A stretch of 64,000 nucleotides of DNA from Candidatus Hydrogenedentota bacterium (lineage in GTDB: Bacteria > Hydrogenedentota > Hydrogenedentia > Hydrogenedentales > SLHB01): the NCBI GenBank assembly GCA_034408725.1, contig JAWXCN010000035.1, positions 1,002 through 65,001 on the forward strand, written 5' to 3'. Positions 42,915 through 52,586 of this stretch are shown here, piece by piece. The translations under genes and the position numbers were made by a program. How positions within the stretch are numbered: position 1 is the first letter of the stretch; each line of letters begins with the position of its first letter. Below the pieces are notes generated by a model. The model searched no databases, had not been told where the DNA came from, and saw only the letters and a program-made list of their open reading frames with translations.

Positions 42915-44795
42915 ATGCGAATCGTTTTGTTCGCGCTGATCTTCGTATGTTTGGCCTGCGCCAGCTACGGCCATACGGTTAGTGGAATCGTCACGGACGC
43001 TCAGGCCAATCCCGTTGCTAACGCGTCAGTATGGCTCAACCAGGACCGCGCGCCGCGAAAAACCGACGCCGCACCGGATGGAACATTTTCGTTTGACGGC
43101 GTAGACACGGGGCTGGTGGAGATCGTTGCCTGGAAGGAAGGACTTGCATGCGGTGGCATGGATGCGCGCGTTGCGGGTGACGCGAGCGTTGGCATCGTGC
43201 TCCGCGAACCGGCCACGGTCTCGTTGCAGCTTTTGGAGCGGCGGCTCGATCCACGCACGGGCGCGCCCGAACCGCCCCGCCCGATTGCCGGCGCGCGCGT
43301 GCTGTCCCTGTTTGTGAATAACGAATTCCATGCTTCCGTGGAAGACCTTGCGCCGCTCGGATTTCCGAATCCGCGAAGTGACGACACCGGGAAACTCAAT
43401 CTCGCCTTCCTGCCGAAAGGAGGTTACGCCAGCTTCACGGTTACCCACCGCGAATACGCGGACCAACATATCCCGTACTATCCCGTCGATCACAAGGAAC
43501 TCACCCTCCAGATGCTGCGGGGAATCGTGCTGCGCGGGAGGGCGACCAACAATCACAAGCTGGGTGTCCCGCGCGCGCGCGTGTCGATATCGAAAGTCGG
43601 TCCTCCGCCCTTGAGGAAATACAAGGAAGCGCTTAGTGATTCGGATGGTTTTTACGACGCAATACTCGAACCGGGCGATTACTTTGTCGTTGCGAAGCAC
43701 AGGGAGTACGCATCGTCAGAACCGGTGCGCGTGAGCGTGCGCATTGATCAAGACGAGGCGGTGTGTGACGTCGCCCTCGCAACCGCGCATCGTATTTCCG
43801 GGCGAGTGGCCAGCAAGGATGATCGGCCTGTCGCTGGGGTAAACGTCCACTATGTCAAGGAAGGCGTGATCTACGATTCCGCGCTCACCAGCGTCGATGG
43901 TTCATTTGAGCTGCGCGCAAGCGCGGGCGACGGAAAGATTCACGTCGACGCGCCGGATGGTTACATTGCAGAGCAGGGTACGGACGTAGGAGTCACGGTC
44001 ACCGACGCGGACGTTGCGATCGGCTCGCCCTTGCGCATCACCGAATTGCCTGTCATTACAGGAACAATTGTAGATGAGGCCGGCGCGCCGCAGGCCAACG
44101 TAATTGTGTCGTCCACGAATCTTGAACCCCAGGAATGGACTGTTACCGCTGACGACGGATCATTCGCGTTACGGCTTTTGCGCGCGCCACACGATGGGCA
44201 AGCCCAGTTCCGCGCCGAGCACCCTCGCCGGTTTACCCGGGCGGATTTTTCGCTCGCGCTTTCCGACCCTGCGCCGCAACGCATTCAATTGATCGAATTC
44301 ACGCCCGACACCTCGCCTTGCGATCCCAACGCGGTGAGGAATGAACTGGAATTATTCCGCGACAAGCCTGCTCCACCGATAGACTGCAAGGAATGGTTCA
44401 ACGTGGCGGATGCGAAAACCCCGGTGACCATCGCATCGCTCGCGGGCAAGGTTATCGTACTGGTCTTTTGGGGCGGGTTCGATACCACCGAACAGAGCCT
44501 GACGCGTATCCGGATGATGAACACCTTGCACGAGGTGTTTCGTGAAACGGATGACGTCGCCGTTGTCGGCATTTGCGACAGCATCAGTGAGTCCGACGAA
44601 GTACGCGCGTTTCTCCAGACAAACAGTGTTCAGTACCCGGTGGGCATCGACAACGAGACGGCGTCGTTCGATCTCTACGATATTTTTTCGATTCCCCAAG
44701 TTGTCGTGCTCGACAAGAAGGGCGTATTCCGCTACTACGACGTCGAGGGGCGGCTGCTTGAATTGATCAAGAGCCTGCGCCGCGAAGCAGGCTGA
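42915..44795 (+). CDS. Secreted carboxypeptidase-regulatory-like repeat protein with TlpA-like thioredoxin domain
   Basis: Same repeats; C-terminal LAGKVIVLVFWGGF...YDIFSIPQVVVLDKKG. Confidence 0.78.
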   Translation: MRIVLFALIFVCLACASYGHTVSGIVTDAQANPVANASVWLNQDRAPRKTDAAPDGTFSFDGVDTGLVEIVAWKEGLACGGMDARVAGDASVGIVLREPATVSLQLLERRLDPRTGAPEPPRPIAGARVLSLFVNNEFHASVEDLAPLGFPNPRSDDTGKLNLAFLPKGGYASFTVTHREYADQHIPYYPVDHKELTLQMLRGIVLRGRATNNHKLGVPRARVSISKVGPPPLRKYKEALSDSDGFYDAILEPGDYFVVAKHREYASSEPVRVSVRIDQDEAVCDVALATAHRISGRVASKDDRPVAGVNVHYVKEGVIYDSALTSVDGSFELRASAGDGKIHVDAPDGYIAEQGTDVGVTVTDADVAIGSPLRITELPVITGTIVDEAGAPQANVIVSSTNLEPQEWTVTADDGSFALRLLRAPHDGQAQFRAEHPRRFTRADFSLALSDPAPQRIQLIEFTPDTSPCDPNAVRNELELFRDKPAPPIDCKEWFNVADAKTPVTIASLAGKVIVLVFWGGFDTTEQSLTRIRMMNTLHEVFRETDDVAVVGICDSISESDEVRAFLQTNSVQYPVGIDNETASFDLYDIFSIPQVVVLDKKGVFRYYDVEGRLLELIKSLRREAG

Positions 44796-44804
44796 TCCGG
44801 AATT

Positions 44805-45365
44805 CTATTCGCGTTCCGCGCTTATGGCCGCGCGCAGCTCAACCAACACCGGCAGCACGTCCTGCGGGTCCTGGAAATAGCCTTCAATCCAGCCAATGAC
44901 CGTTTCGACTACCGGCGTCCGCCAGCGCGTCGCGGGCCGCGCAAGCTCATCCCGCAGATACAACACGTCGCGCAACAGGCACTTTCGTTCTTCTCCGTCC
45001 AGCGGCGCAAAATCGGCCTGTTCGACGAGCCTTTCCATCAGCGCCGGCACCGATGCAAATGTCTCTTCGATGTCGCTTGGCGCGGGGGGATAATGCAAAT
45101 TGAATTCGTACCGGTTTTCGACGAGATCGATGCCTTGCGCAGTGATGCGCACCGCGGCGAACCACGGCGGATTGTACCCCATCATCAGTTCGACGTAACC
45201 CTTGTCTCCAAGATAATGCATGTTGGCGAGCACATCCTGCTTCGGCACCATGCTGTCTGCCAGAACGTCCTCCGGCGTCAGCATTTCCAACGGGTCCTTG
45301 AGATAACGCTCGTACAACACGGTAAGCAACCTGCGCCGGACAGATTTCGGATGGATTGTCGTCAT
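44805..45365 (-). CDS. Hypothetical protein, possible winged-helix
   Basis: RRRLLTVLYERY...MHYLGDKGYVE...RITAQGIDLVE; start MTTIHPK at 45365. Confidence 0.7.
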   Translation of the reverse strand: MTTIHPKSVRRRLLTVLYERYLKDPLEMLTPEDVLADSMVPKQDVLANMHYLGDKGYVELMMGYNPPWFAAVRITAQGIDLVENRYEFNLHYPPAPSDIEETFASVPALMERLVEQADFAPLDGEERKCLLRDVLYLRDELARPATRWRTPVVETVIGWIEGYFQDPQDVLPVLVELRAAISAERE

Positions 45366-45652
45366 GTAAACATTATACCAATCCACGCCGCCCGCCGCCT
45401 GCGCACAGACCACCCCGGAGAGCCGCTCGTTCCACTTTGACGCAAAGCGCCGCGAAAGGGGGGTGTACAGATTAATTTTTTGACGATACAAGGGGGGGTG
45501 TAGGGGGGCGGTGCGCGACTTGACCGTTTTGATAGTTGTCATGGATGGAGTTCTCCTTATCTATAAGGGGCGGGGCGTTGCACTCGCTTCAGCGTGTGGT
45601 GTGTCCGCAGATTTACGCAGATGGGCGCGGATTGGGATCAAGGAAACGCAGC

Positions 45653-46240
45653 GAAGAAATTGAAACCACGGAGGCTCGGAGGTCACGGGGGAAAAGAGGG
45701 GTTTTAACCACAGATTGCACAGATGGCACAGATTCAATTAAATGCAGGGGAAGAAATTGAAACCACGGAGACACGGAGAACACGGTGGGAAAGACCAAAG
45801 CACAGCTTTTCAAGAGGGGCTTTAACCACAGATTGCACAGATGGCACAGATTGAATTAAATGCAGGGGAAGAAATTGAAACCACGGGGACACGGGGAACA
45901 CGGGGGAAAGACCAAAGCACAGCTTTTCAATGGGAGTTTTAACCACAGATTGCACAGATTGAATTAAATGCAGGGGAAGAAATTGAAACCACGGGGACAC
46001 GGAGAACACGGTGGGAAAGACCAAAGCAACAGCTCTTCAATGGGAGTTTTAACCACAGATTGCACAGATGGCACAGATTCAATTCAATTTAGGGGTAGAA
46101 ATTGAAACCACGGGGACACGGGAACACGGTGGGAAAGACCAAAGCACAGCTTTTCAAGAGGAGTTTTAACCACAGATTTCACAGATGGCACAGATTGAAT
46201 TAAATGCCGGGATAATATTGAAACCACGGGGGGACACCGT
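45653..46240. repeat. Tandem array of ~118-bp units built from 8-9-bp sub-repeats
   Basis: (A/T)ATTGAAACCACGG at 45658, 45755, 45873, 45981, 46100, 46216 (spacings 97, 118, 108, 119, 116); orphan copy at 46720. Confidence 0.92.
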
Positions 46241-46317
46241 GCGTAGGCGTGATTAAATCGGAGCTTTTCAAGAGCGCTTACCAAGTTTCCATCTGGTAAC
46301 GAGAAAACCAAATGAAG

Positions 46318-46584
46318 CTAATCTGTGGGGTGTTCGGGATGGGGCGTGGCTGTTGCGTTTCCCGGCATTTCGGCTTTGTTTTTAAGGAGCGGTATTAACG
46401 CTGCGACGCCACCCAGAATAGCGCCGACAACGGCACCGGCAGCGCCGAGGAAACTTCCAAGAAATATGGTCATCGGCAGGATGTCGGCGTGCGATCGGTC
46501 GCCAGCGGCGATGTTGAGCAGGACGAACGAAAGGGGAAAACCGGCACAAAAAGCTGTGAAGGAATACGTGATTGTGCGTAGCAT
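46318..46584 (-). CDS. Small membrane protein (2 TM)
   Basis: 88 aa, two hydrophobic segments, Gly-rich helix; GGGAGA RBS. Confidence 0.6.
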   Translation of the reverse strand: MLRTITYSFTAFCAGFPLSFVLLNIAAGDRSHADILPMTIFLGSFLGAAGAVVGAILGGVAALIPLLKNKAEMPGNATATPHPEHPTD

Positions 46585-46747
46585 GAATCATCTCCCGGGA
46601 ACGCAGTCCAACGGGCAACAAAGGCCGCCGGGCAATTGCGCGTCAAATTTGTGTCACAAAGTACTTTACCATACAAAAAAGTCCTTATCAACTGGCTGCT
46701 TGGTCCATTAGAGGGGAAATATTGAAACCACGGGGACACGGGGAAAA

Positions 46748-46941
46748 GATCAAAGCGGAGCTTTTCAAGAGCGCGTGACCAAATGGAAATTTGGTCACGA
46801 GATATGGCCTTTTCAGGAGTGCGTGACCGAATGGAAATTTGATCACGAGATATGGCCTTTTCAGGAGTGCGTGACCGAATGGAAATTTGGTCAGGAGTAA
46901 TGGCTTTACAAGAGTGTCCGACCAGAAATTTGGTCACGAGA
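46748..46941. repeat. 48-bp tandem hairpin (REP-like) repeat
   Basis: GCGTGACC(A/G)AATGGAAATTTG(G/A)TCACGAG-like copies at 46773, 46821, 46869, degenerate near 46917; related copies at 46260-46303, 47411-47464, 52587-52640. Confidence 0.9.
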
Positions 46942-47036
46942 TAATAGGGTGGGCGCGGCGTGGGATCTTCGGCAGGGTGGTTTGCCCGGCAAGCCTTTGC
47001 ACAGGTAGGCTTCGACATGATTAAAGATAAAAGGCG

Positions 47037-47231
47037 ATGCTTAGCACGATTAAAGCAGTGATGAAGGACGGAAAGATCGAACTTTTGGAGCAGATTGAAA
47101 TTCCAGAGGGGTCGTCGATTCTTGTCACGGTGCTTGCCGACGACGAGGAGCTGAAGGTCAGCGAGCCGTCGTTGGCTTCGATATGGGACAACGACGCGGA
47201 CGACACGTATACGCAGCTACTTGATCGGTGA
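47037..47231 (+). CDS. Antitoxin-like protein (AF2212/DUF104-like), copy 1
   Basis: TIKAVMKDGKIELLEQIEIPEGSSILVTVL...SLASIWDNDADDTY; lacks EFW relative to copy 2. Confidence 0.65.
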   Translation: MLSTIKAVMKDGKIELLEQIEIPEGSSILVTVLADDEELKVSEPSLASIWDNDADDTYTQLLDR

Positions 47232-47560
47232 GGTCGTTTAGTTGGTTATGCCGCGGTCGTTCTTGCGCGCAAACAAAAATGGCGATAGGGTGGGCTCAAT
47301 TCGTAGTCTGTCCCTCAATTCCTCCTCAATTCCCCCAGAGCATTGCGGGGAGGGGAGTTTTGTCCACAGATTACGCAGATGGACACAGATTTGGTTCAAG
47401 AAAATGACGGGATCAAAGCGGAGCTTTTCAGGAGTGCGTGATTAAATGGAAATTTGGTCACGAGATAATAGGGTGGGCGCGGCGTGGGATCTTCGGCAGG
47501 GTGGTTTGCCCGGCAAGCCTTTGCACAGGTAGACGTAGATACGGATAAAGGTAAACGGCG

Positions 47561-47764
47561 ATGCTTAACACGATTAAAGCAGTGATGAAGGACGGAAAGA
47601 TCGAACTTTTGGAGCAGATTGAAATTCCAGAGGGGTCGTCGATTCTTGCCACAGTGCTTGCCGACGACGAGGAGGAATTCTGGCTGAAGGTGAGCGAGTC
47701 GTCGTTGGGTTCGATATGGGACAACAACGCGAACGACACGTATGCGGAGCTACTCGATCGGTGA
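47561..47764 (+). CDS. Antitoxin-like protein (AF2212/DUF104-like), copy 2
   Basis: Near-identical to copy 1; overlaps the PemK-like fragment. Confidence 0.7.
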   Translation: MLNTIKAVMKDGKIELLEQIEIPEGSSILATVLADDEEEFWLKVSESSLGSIWDNNANDTYAELLDR

Positions 47765-47820
47765 TGTCGTTTTAGTTCGCTTTCCGTTTTCGGATATTTC
47801 AACTTCGAAAGTTCGATCCG
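47742..47820 (+). pseudogene. Truncated PemK/MazF toxin
   Basis: MRSYSIGDVVLVRFPFSDISTSKVR matches the GD.VLV.FPF.D...K.RP start; similarity ends after KVR. Confidence 0.75.
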
Positions 47821-47910
47821 CCGATTTAATCAGTGCTGCTGAAGTAATTACGGGTGGGTGTCAAAAAACGAGGCTGTCCCTATCATGTTCGTGTTTTTCC
47901 TGTGGCGAAG

Positions 47911-48576
47911 TTACGCGCCACAAACAACATGTGGGATTTTTCTTTCCTTCGCGGTGATAGTATTGACGAATCCTAAATTGCTTGTTGGAATCTTGGCGCT
48001 GTATTTTCGGGAAGCCGTGTTGTAGAAGTTTCTCAATATGAAGCCGCCGAAAGCCAGCGGTCCGAGAGGTGAGCAGACGGGTATTCGGCAGTTTGTATAT
48101 TGGCCGAGCGTTAGGTGGGAGTACGGGTGGTCAACCTCCACAAACTTCTTATCGTCGTTGCTAAAATCGAAACGGATAGGGAACGGCACAATGTTCTTCG
48201 CAACGACTTCCGCGTAGATCTCATCGTCAAGATAGACCTCGGGATCGTTCTGGAAATGTTCCAAGTCCGGAGACGGGAAGTATGAGAGAGAATGTTCGCA
48301 GATGACTCCGACCAAAAAACGGTAACGCAAAAAAATCAACGCGCCGTCCAGCATCTTAAAATTGAAGCACTGCGCTTTCTCCAATTCCCAGTAGACGTCA
48401 CGATAAGGCAAATTCTTTAGTGCGACGCTCATTCGTGCGGCAGAGCTCACTGAAATTTCGAACGCGGCATTAGCATTCCCCCGCGTCGTTGGGAAATGTT
48501 GCTCGTTCGAAAGGCTCAATCCCACCAAAGCCTCGGTGAGTTGATAGATCTCTTTTAGCGTTTGTTTTGGTGTCAT
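47911..48576 (-). CDS. DUF2290 domain protein (antiphage helicase partner)
   Basis: FKMLDGAL, LSYFPSP, PIRFDF, HPYSHLTLGQYTNCRIPV..PL.P..F..FILRNFY. Confidence 0.85.
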   Translation of the reverse strand: MTPKQTLKEIYQLTEALVGLSLSNEQHFPTTRGNANAAFEISVSSAARMSVALKNLPYRDVYWELEKAQCFNFKMLDGALIFLRYRFLVGVICEHSLSYFPSPDLEHFQNDPEVYLDDEIYAEVVAKNIVPFPIRFDFSNDDKKFVEVDHPYSHLTLGQYTNCRIPVCSPLGPLAFGGFILRNFYNTASRKYSAKIPTSNLGFVNTITAKERKIPHVVCGA

Positions 48577-50717
48577 TTCCGGCGACTTCTGGTCTTTTTG
48601 GCAAGAACATTTTGAAGCTTCTTCACCAGTTCTTCGGGGTAGTCTTCGATAACGCTATCTCCTGAATCTAAAGATTCGATAATGTCGACGAAATTGATCT
48701 TGCGTTTATTGTATCGGTCCTGTTCCGCTTTCGACATGTCACGGTTTACGGTCATCATTGTCTTCCGCTCTGGTTCAGTTGGGTAGACGAAGTGCAGCGC
48801 GAAATTTTCCGCTTTCACCTTGTCAAATTCCCTCTTTAGAGCCAACATGTCCTTCCCGACACCAAGAACTCGCACCCATGCCTTTGAGCGAGTGATGGCC
48901 GTGAAGAGGCGGTTTCGGACGCGTGCGACATCCCTTGGAGAAAACCCTCCAAAACAATCCTGTGCGTTGATCACATAAACCATCGCAGCCTCATTCCCCT
49001 TCGCGCGGAAGATCCCGGTAAAAGTCACAGTCCCTGGTTCGGTGAAAACATCGGCAATCGTCGTCACTCCAGCGAGGTTCGAGTTGATTCCCATCTGCAT
49101 CAGCATACGTCGGGCCTCCCCGACTGCATCCTTGGTTTTTATCGGATCAGGATTAATGACGACAATGTCGTCAGGAATAAGTTCGTCCTCACTCAGGTTC
49201 TGCTTAATCTGCCCGACGAGCCACGCAGTCTGTGCTTCTGCCGTCTCGAAGGCTTCAAACTGAATCAAGTCCTCCACGGAGGAATGTTTCTCCAAAAATT
49301 CAGGACTGGATTGCGGCGTGCGACTGAGAGTCACGAATTCGCCGTCTTTGATTTCTCCATTGGCCTCTTGATAGCCAATGTCGAACCATAGGTTTTTATT
49401 TTCGAAGATCTGAACAAGGCCCTTAGCATGGTAAACCCCAAACCCAAGCGCATGAGCCGTGGACAGAACAGGCCGGGAGTTGCGGTAACAGGTGTCGAGG
49501 ATGATGTCCTGCTTGGGCTTGCCTGTCTCGGGTGGGTGGATGACGACGCGGGCAGTTCCATCCACGTTTTTCCCGAAGATTTCTTCGGTAGGAGGAAGTG
49601 ACCTGTTCCCGAGATTCTGCAGCTCATCGTATGCGTAGACAAGGCGCTTCGGGTCCTTGAGGTATTCGAAACAGAGCAGCAAAAAGTTTGGCGCAAAATC
49701 TTGGGCCTCATCGACCAGAATCGCGTCGTATTTTGGTACGAACTGTTTGACTCCTTCAAGGGCCGCTTCACACGATCCTTCAAATGCTTTGTCGGATCCG
49801 AAGCGATTTTTGGCAGTTCCAAAATCCTGATACTCCACGCCGTGATCCTGGCAAAACTCGTAATAAATGCCAGTGCGGTCAGTTCCGCCCGGTGCCCCCC
49901 ATGCATTTAAGATGCGGATTTTGTCCCAGTCTGGCTCTTCGTTTGCCTGTTCCAGCACGAAGGTCGTAATGAGGTTTTCGAACTGTTTTTTCAGCGACCG
50001 CGTGTTGAATGTCACTGCGATCAACCAGTCCCGATGGCGGGCATGCAAGTATGCGACCTTCAAAGCCAAAACGATAGTTTTGCCACATCCGGCTAGACCA
50101 CGAATTCGCTGAACCCCTTCGTATGTTTCGACTACTGCGGCGCTTTGCTCGCTGTCGAGGTTGGCGATTGAATCCTCCAGCGCCTTTATCTTAGTGCCTC
50201 TTGACCTTTGGTTGTGCAGCTCGCGCTTTTTCCGGCCCCTTCGCAATGTTGAGATAGCTTGAATTACCGAAACCAGTGCGGGAAAAACCTCCCGGTCAAT
50301 AACATCCATTTTTTCGATAGCCGAAACCAAATTGTCGCCATTACAGAGAAGATGCTCTCCGTCAGCTTCAATTTGCGGAATGGCAGGCGCGAAAGTGACA
50401 GTATGAATGTCAACAAGCAGATTCCGTTTGCGGGTCAGACTTTGATGCTGAAGCAGCTTTGCATACATCTTTTTAAAGCTTTCGTCTTGCGCCTCTACGT
50501 AGTCCGGAAGAACCTTACCTTCAACCACACCGAATAAAACGAGGCCTTTGGTCGGCGAGACAAGTAACGCATCGATCGGAAAGGAACCTTCAGGCGTTCC
50601 AATTATTGGGTATCCAATGTAGAGAGTGCCTTCGAGGTCCGCCTGCGCACCGAGGAGATGGGCGAGCCGCTTGGTCGCAACAGGCTTATCTGTGCTGCCC
50701 CATACAATATTGATCAT
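48573..50717 (-). CDS. Superfamily I helicase with NERD-like N-terminus (helicase+DUF2290 defence system)
   Basis: GLAGCGKT, DEAQD, YDELQ, YRN, RAKGNEA, LFTAITR; ATGA-coupled to DUF2290. Confidence 0.88.
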   Translation of the reverse strand: MINIVWGSTDKPVATKRLAHLLGAQADLEGTLYIGYPIIGTPEGSFPIDALLVSPTKGLVLFGVVEGKVLPDYVEAQDESFKKMYAKLLQHQSLTRKRNLLVDIHTVTFAPAIPQIEADGEHLLCNGDNLVSAIEKMDVIDREVFPALVSVIQAISTLRRGRKKRELHNQRSRGTKIKALEDSIANLDSEQSAAVVETYEGVQRIRGLAGCGKTIVLALKVAYLHARHRDWLIAVTFNTRSLKKQFENLITTFVLEQANEEPDWDKIRILNAWGAPGGTDRTGIYYEFCQDHGVEYQDFGTAKNRFGSDKAFEGSCEAALEGVKQFVPKYDAILVDEAQDFAPNFLLLCFEYLKDPKRLVYAYDELQNLGNRSLPPTEEIFGKNVDGTARVVIHPPETGKPKQDIILDTCYRNSRPVLSTAHALGFGVYHAKGLVQIFENKNLWFDIGYQEANGEIKDGEFVTLSRTPQSSPEFLEKHSSVEDLIQFEAFETAEAQTAWLVGQIKQNLSEDELIPDDIVVINPDPIKTKDAVGEARRMLMQMGINSNLAGVTTIADVFTEPGTVTFTGIFRAKGNEAAMVYVINAQDCFGGFSPRDVARVRNRLFTAITRSKAWVRVLGVGKDMLALKREFDKVKAENFALHFVYPTEPERKTMMTVNRDMSKAEQDRYNKRKINFVDIIESLDSGDSVIEDYPEELVKKLQNVLAKKTRSRRK

Positions 50718-51246
50718 GGCATTGCTCAGTTTGTTTGTTGATTTTTTTTGTTGCCACGTAGGCGTCGCGAAAATAAAAATTTGCGTAGGATAGCAAGGGT
50801 GTGGGACCGAGGTCTGTTGAGTTTGATCTGAAAGTCTATCTTGCCCAACGCCGGTGCAAGATTTCCTGAATTTCGACTGGAGAAAGCATAATCAGCTAAT
50901 GGTTGACAGATGTAATTTACGGAGTAGCTATATTCTGAAACTTCGTCTCGTAAAGGTGCATCCCTCTGTGTTGTTGACGTGCGAGCGAAAGTGCTGTTTG
51001 TGGAGATAACACCGAACTGCACGGCCATTGACGGGTCCTCCCCCTGACGTTAAAGCGATACGGTAGCCACACTGTAGCCGCAGGAGGACTACAGATCAAG
51101 GAAGATTCAGACTTGATTCTCGCGTCGTTCAGTTGAGAGAGAGTCTTCTCCTTAAACGCCGCGCGGTTGTCCGTTCCCTTGCCAGTAACTAGTCGCTGGG
51201 GCTCAATGAGGAATGCTCAATTTGTCCGTGCATGTCATGACCACCG

Positions 51247-52230
51247 CTAGAACGGAATTTCATCTTCCACACCAAAATCGGTCGGCGGAGGCGTGGAACC
51301 TTTTGGCAAAGCTAGGTTTGAAACGACATACAAATTCAGAATGTCTTCACGATCCACGAATAGAATCTGGCTTCGCTTAGTAGCATCCAGCTTTCCACCC
51401 AGCCAGTTTTTGGCCTGTTTCGTGATTTCACCGCCCGCTACGATGAAGGCATGATCGACGAGCACCTTTTTGCTGGTTTCTGGATCGAAGATTTCGTGCC
51501 CCAACATCATCAAAAGTTGATTGAGTATCTCCGCGATGTTGGAGTTGCACCCTTGGGTGCTACCGGCGGCATCGAGTTTGCCTTTCTTTACTTGCAAGCC
51601 AAAATAGAGAACGTGCTGAGTTGGCAAGACAAAGCGCATCCACATATCCTTTCCGTATTCGAGTGCTTTGTCCTTGTGTCCAGCGACCGAAATGCGCTGG
51701 AAACCTAGTTGTCGGAAGAGAGGAAGCAGCACTTCTTCAATCAGGTTGTCTTCCGAGCAACTATCGAGGTAACTCGACAAATTTTCCCTTTTTCGCATCT
51801 CGTCAGGCGTGAACGGTCGGTGAGGTGAATTTGCTATTGAAAGAGTTTGTGTCCCGATGTGACGAACGTAGAGGAGGTTGTCATCGCCGAAGAATGCTTC
51901 AAAACCTTCACGGCTCAAAGGTTTGTTTAGCTCTGCGAGCGCACTCATGCGATCTGGATCGTTGTCTGCCGCATCCCCTTTCTGCATTAGAACTCGGAGA
52001 ACGTGAACGAAGCGCGGGGGCAACGTACTTGGCGCATTTTGTGGTTCACTTAGCAACTCGCCCAAACGATCCGCTGTCCATGCCCATCGGGTCGTTCCAT
52101 CATGTACGACATCTAAATCGCATTCTTCAAAAAACTGAGTTATGCGACTGCTGGAGCGATAAGGAAAATTGACATTGTCCCCAATGACCATTTCTGCCAA
52201 AGCGCGAAGGTTACGGTTCTTGAATTTCAT
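51247..52230 (-). CDS. Putative Mrr-like PD-(D/E)XK endonuclease with Abi-like N-terminal domain
   Basis: VLLPLFRQLGF...EYGKD...GLQVKKG; N-terminal YRSSSRITQFF. Confidence 0.65.
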   Translation of the reverse strand: MKFKNRNLRALAEMVIGDNVNFPYRSSSRITQFFEECDLDVVHDGTTRWAWTADRLGELLSEPQNAPSTLPPRFVHVLRVLMQKGDAADNDPDRMSALAELNKPLSREGFEAFFGDDNLLYVRHIGTQTLSIANSPHRPFTPDEMRKRENLSSYLDSCSEDNLIEEVLLPLFRQLGFQRISVAGHKDKALEYGKDMWMRFVLPTQHVLYFGLQVKKGKLDAAGSTQGCNSNIAEILNQLLMMLGHEIFDPETSKKVLVDHAFIVAGGEITKQAKNWLGGKLDATKRSQILFVDREDILNLYVVSNLALPKGSTPPPTDFGVEDEIPF

Positions 52231-52586
52231 GCACAACTCTTAGTGGATATGGAGGTAAGGTACTTCCGTGTGCTTGGACGCATCGTGAGCCGACAGTTCC
52301 CGGCGGCCATTGCGGGCTGATGGCGTGTCGAGTTTGTTTACCTTCGGAGCGATTTGCATGGCGGTGGCCTTTCGCAACCGTGGCCGATTTCATCGATGTT
52401 TTACCTTCCATTCCCTTCGCCTCAACCAGCTTTTATAAGGTGATTATACTTTTTATGTGTAGTCGGTTAACAAGGTCGTTGCTCGAGTCGTGGCTGGAAC
52501 GAAGCGGAGCTTCCGTAGCGCGTGCGTCCCAAGCGCAGCTTGTTAATGTAGATTGGAAAATGACACGCTAACGACGTGAATTGGAA

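Noticed and set aside
45455-45512. G-runs (AAGGGGGG(G)TGTA twice) as a G-quadruplex or phase-variable tract
   Set aside because: Only three long G-tracts with irregular spacing and outside a coding frame; cannot be supported
45653-46941. CRISPR array
   Set aside because: The sequences between repeats are themselves repeated, so there are no unique spacers; no cas genes in the window
50726-51240. Short ORFs between the helicase and nuclease genes
   Set aside because: No RBS or family motif recognised; treated as intergenic or decayed DNA
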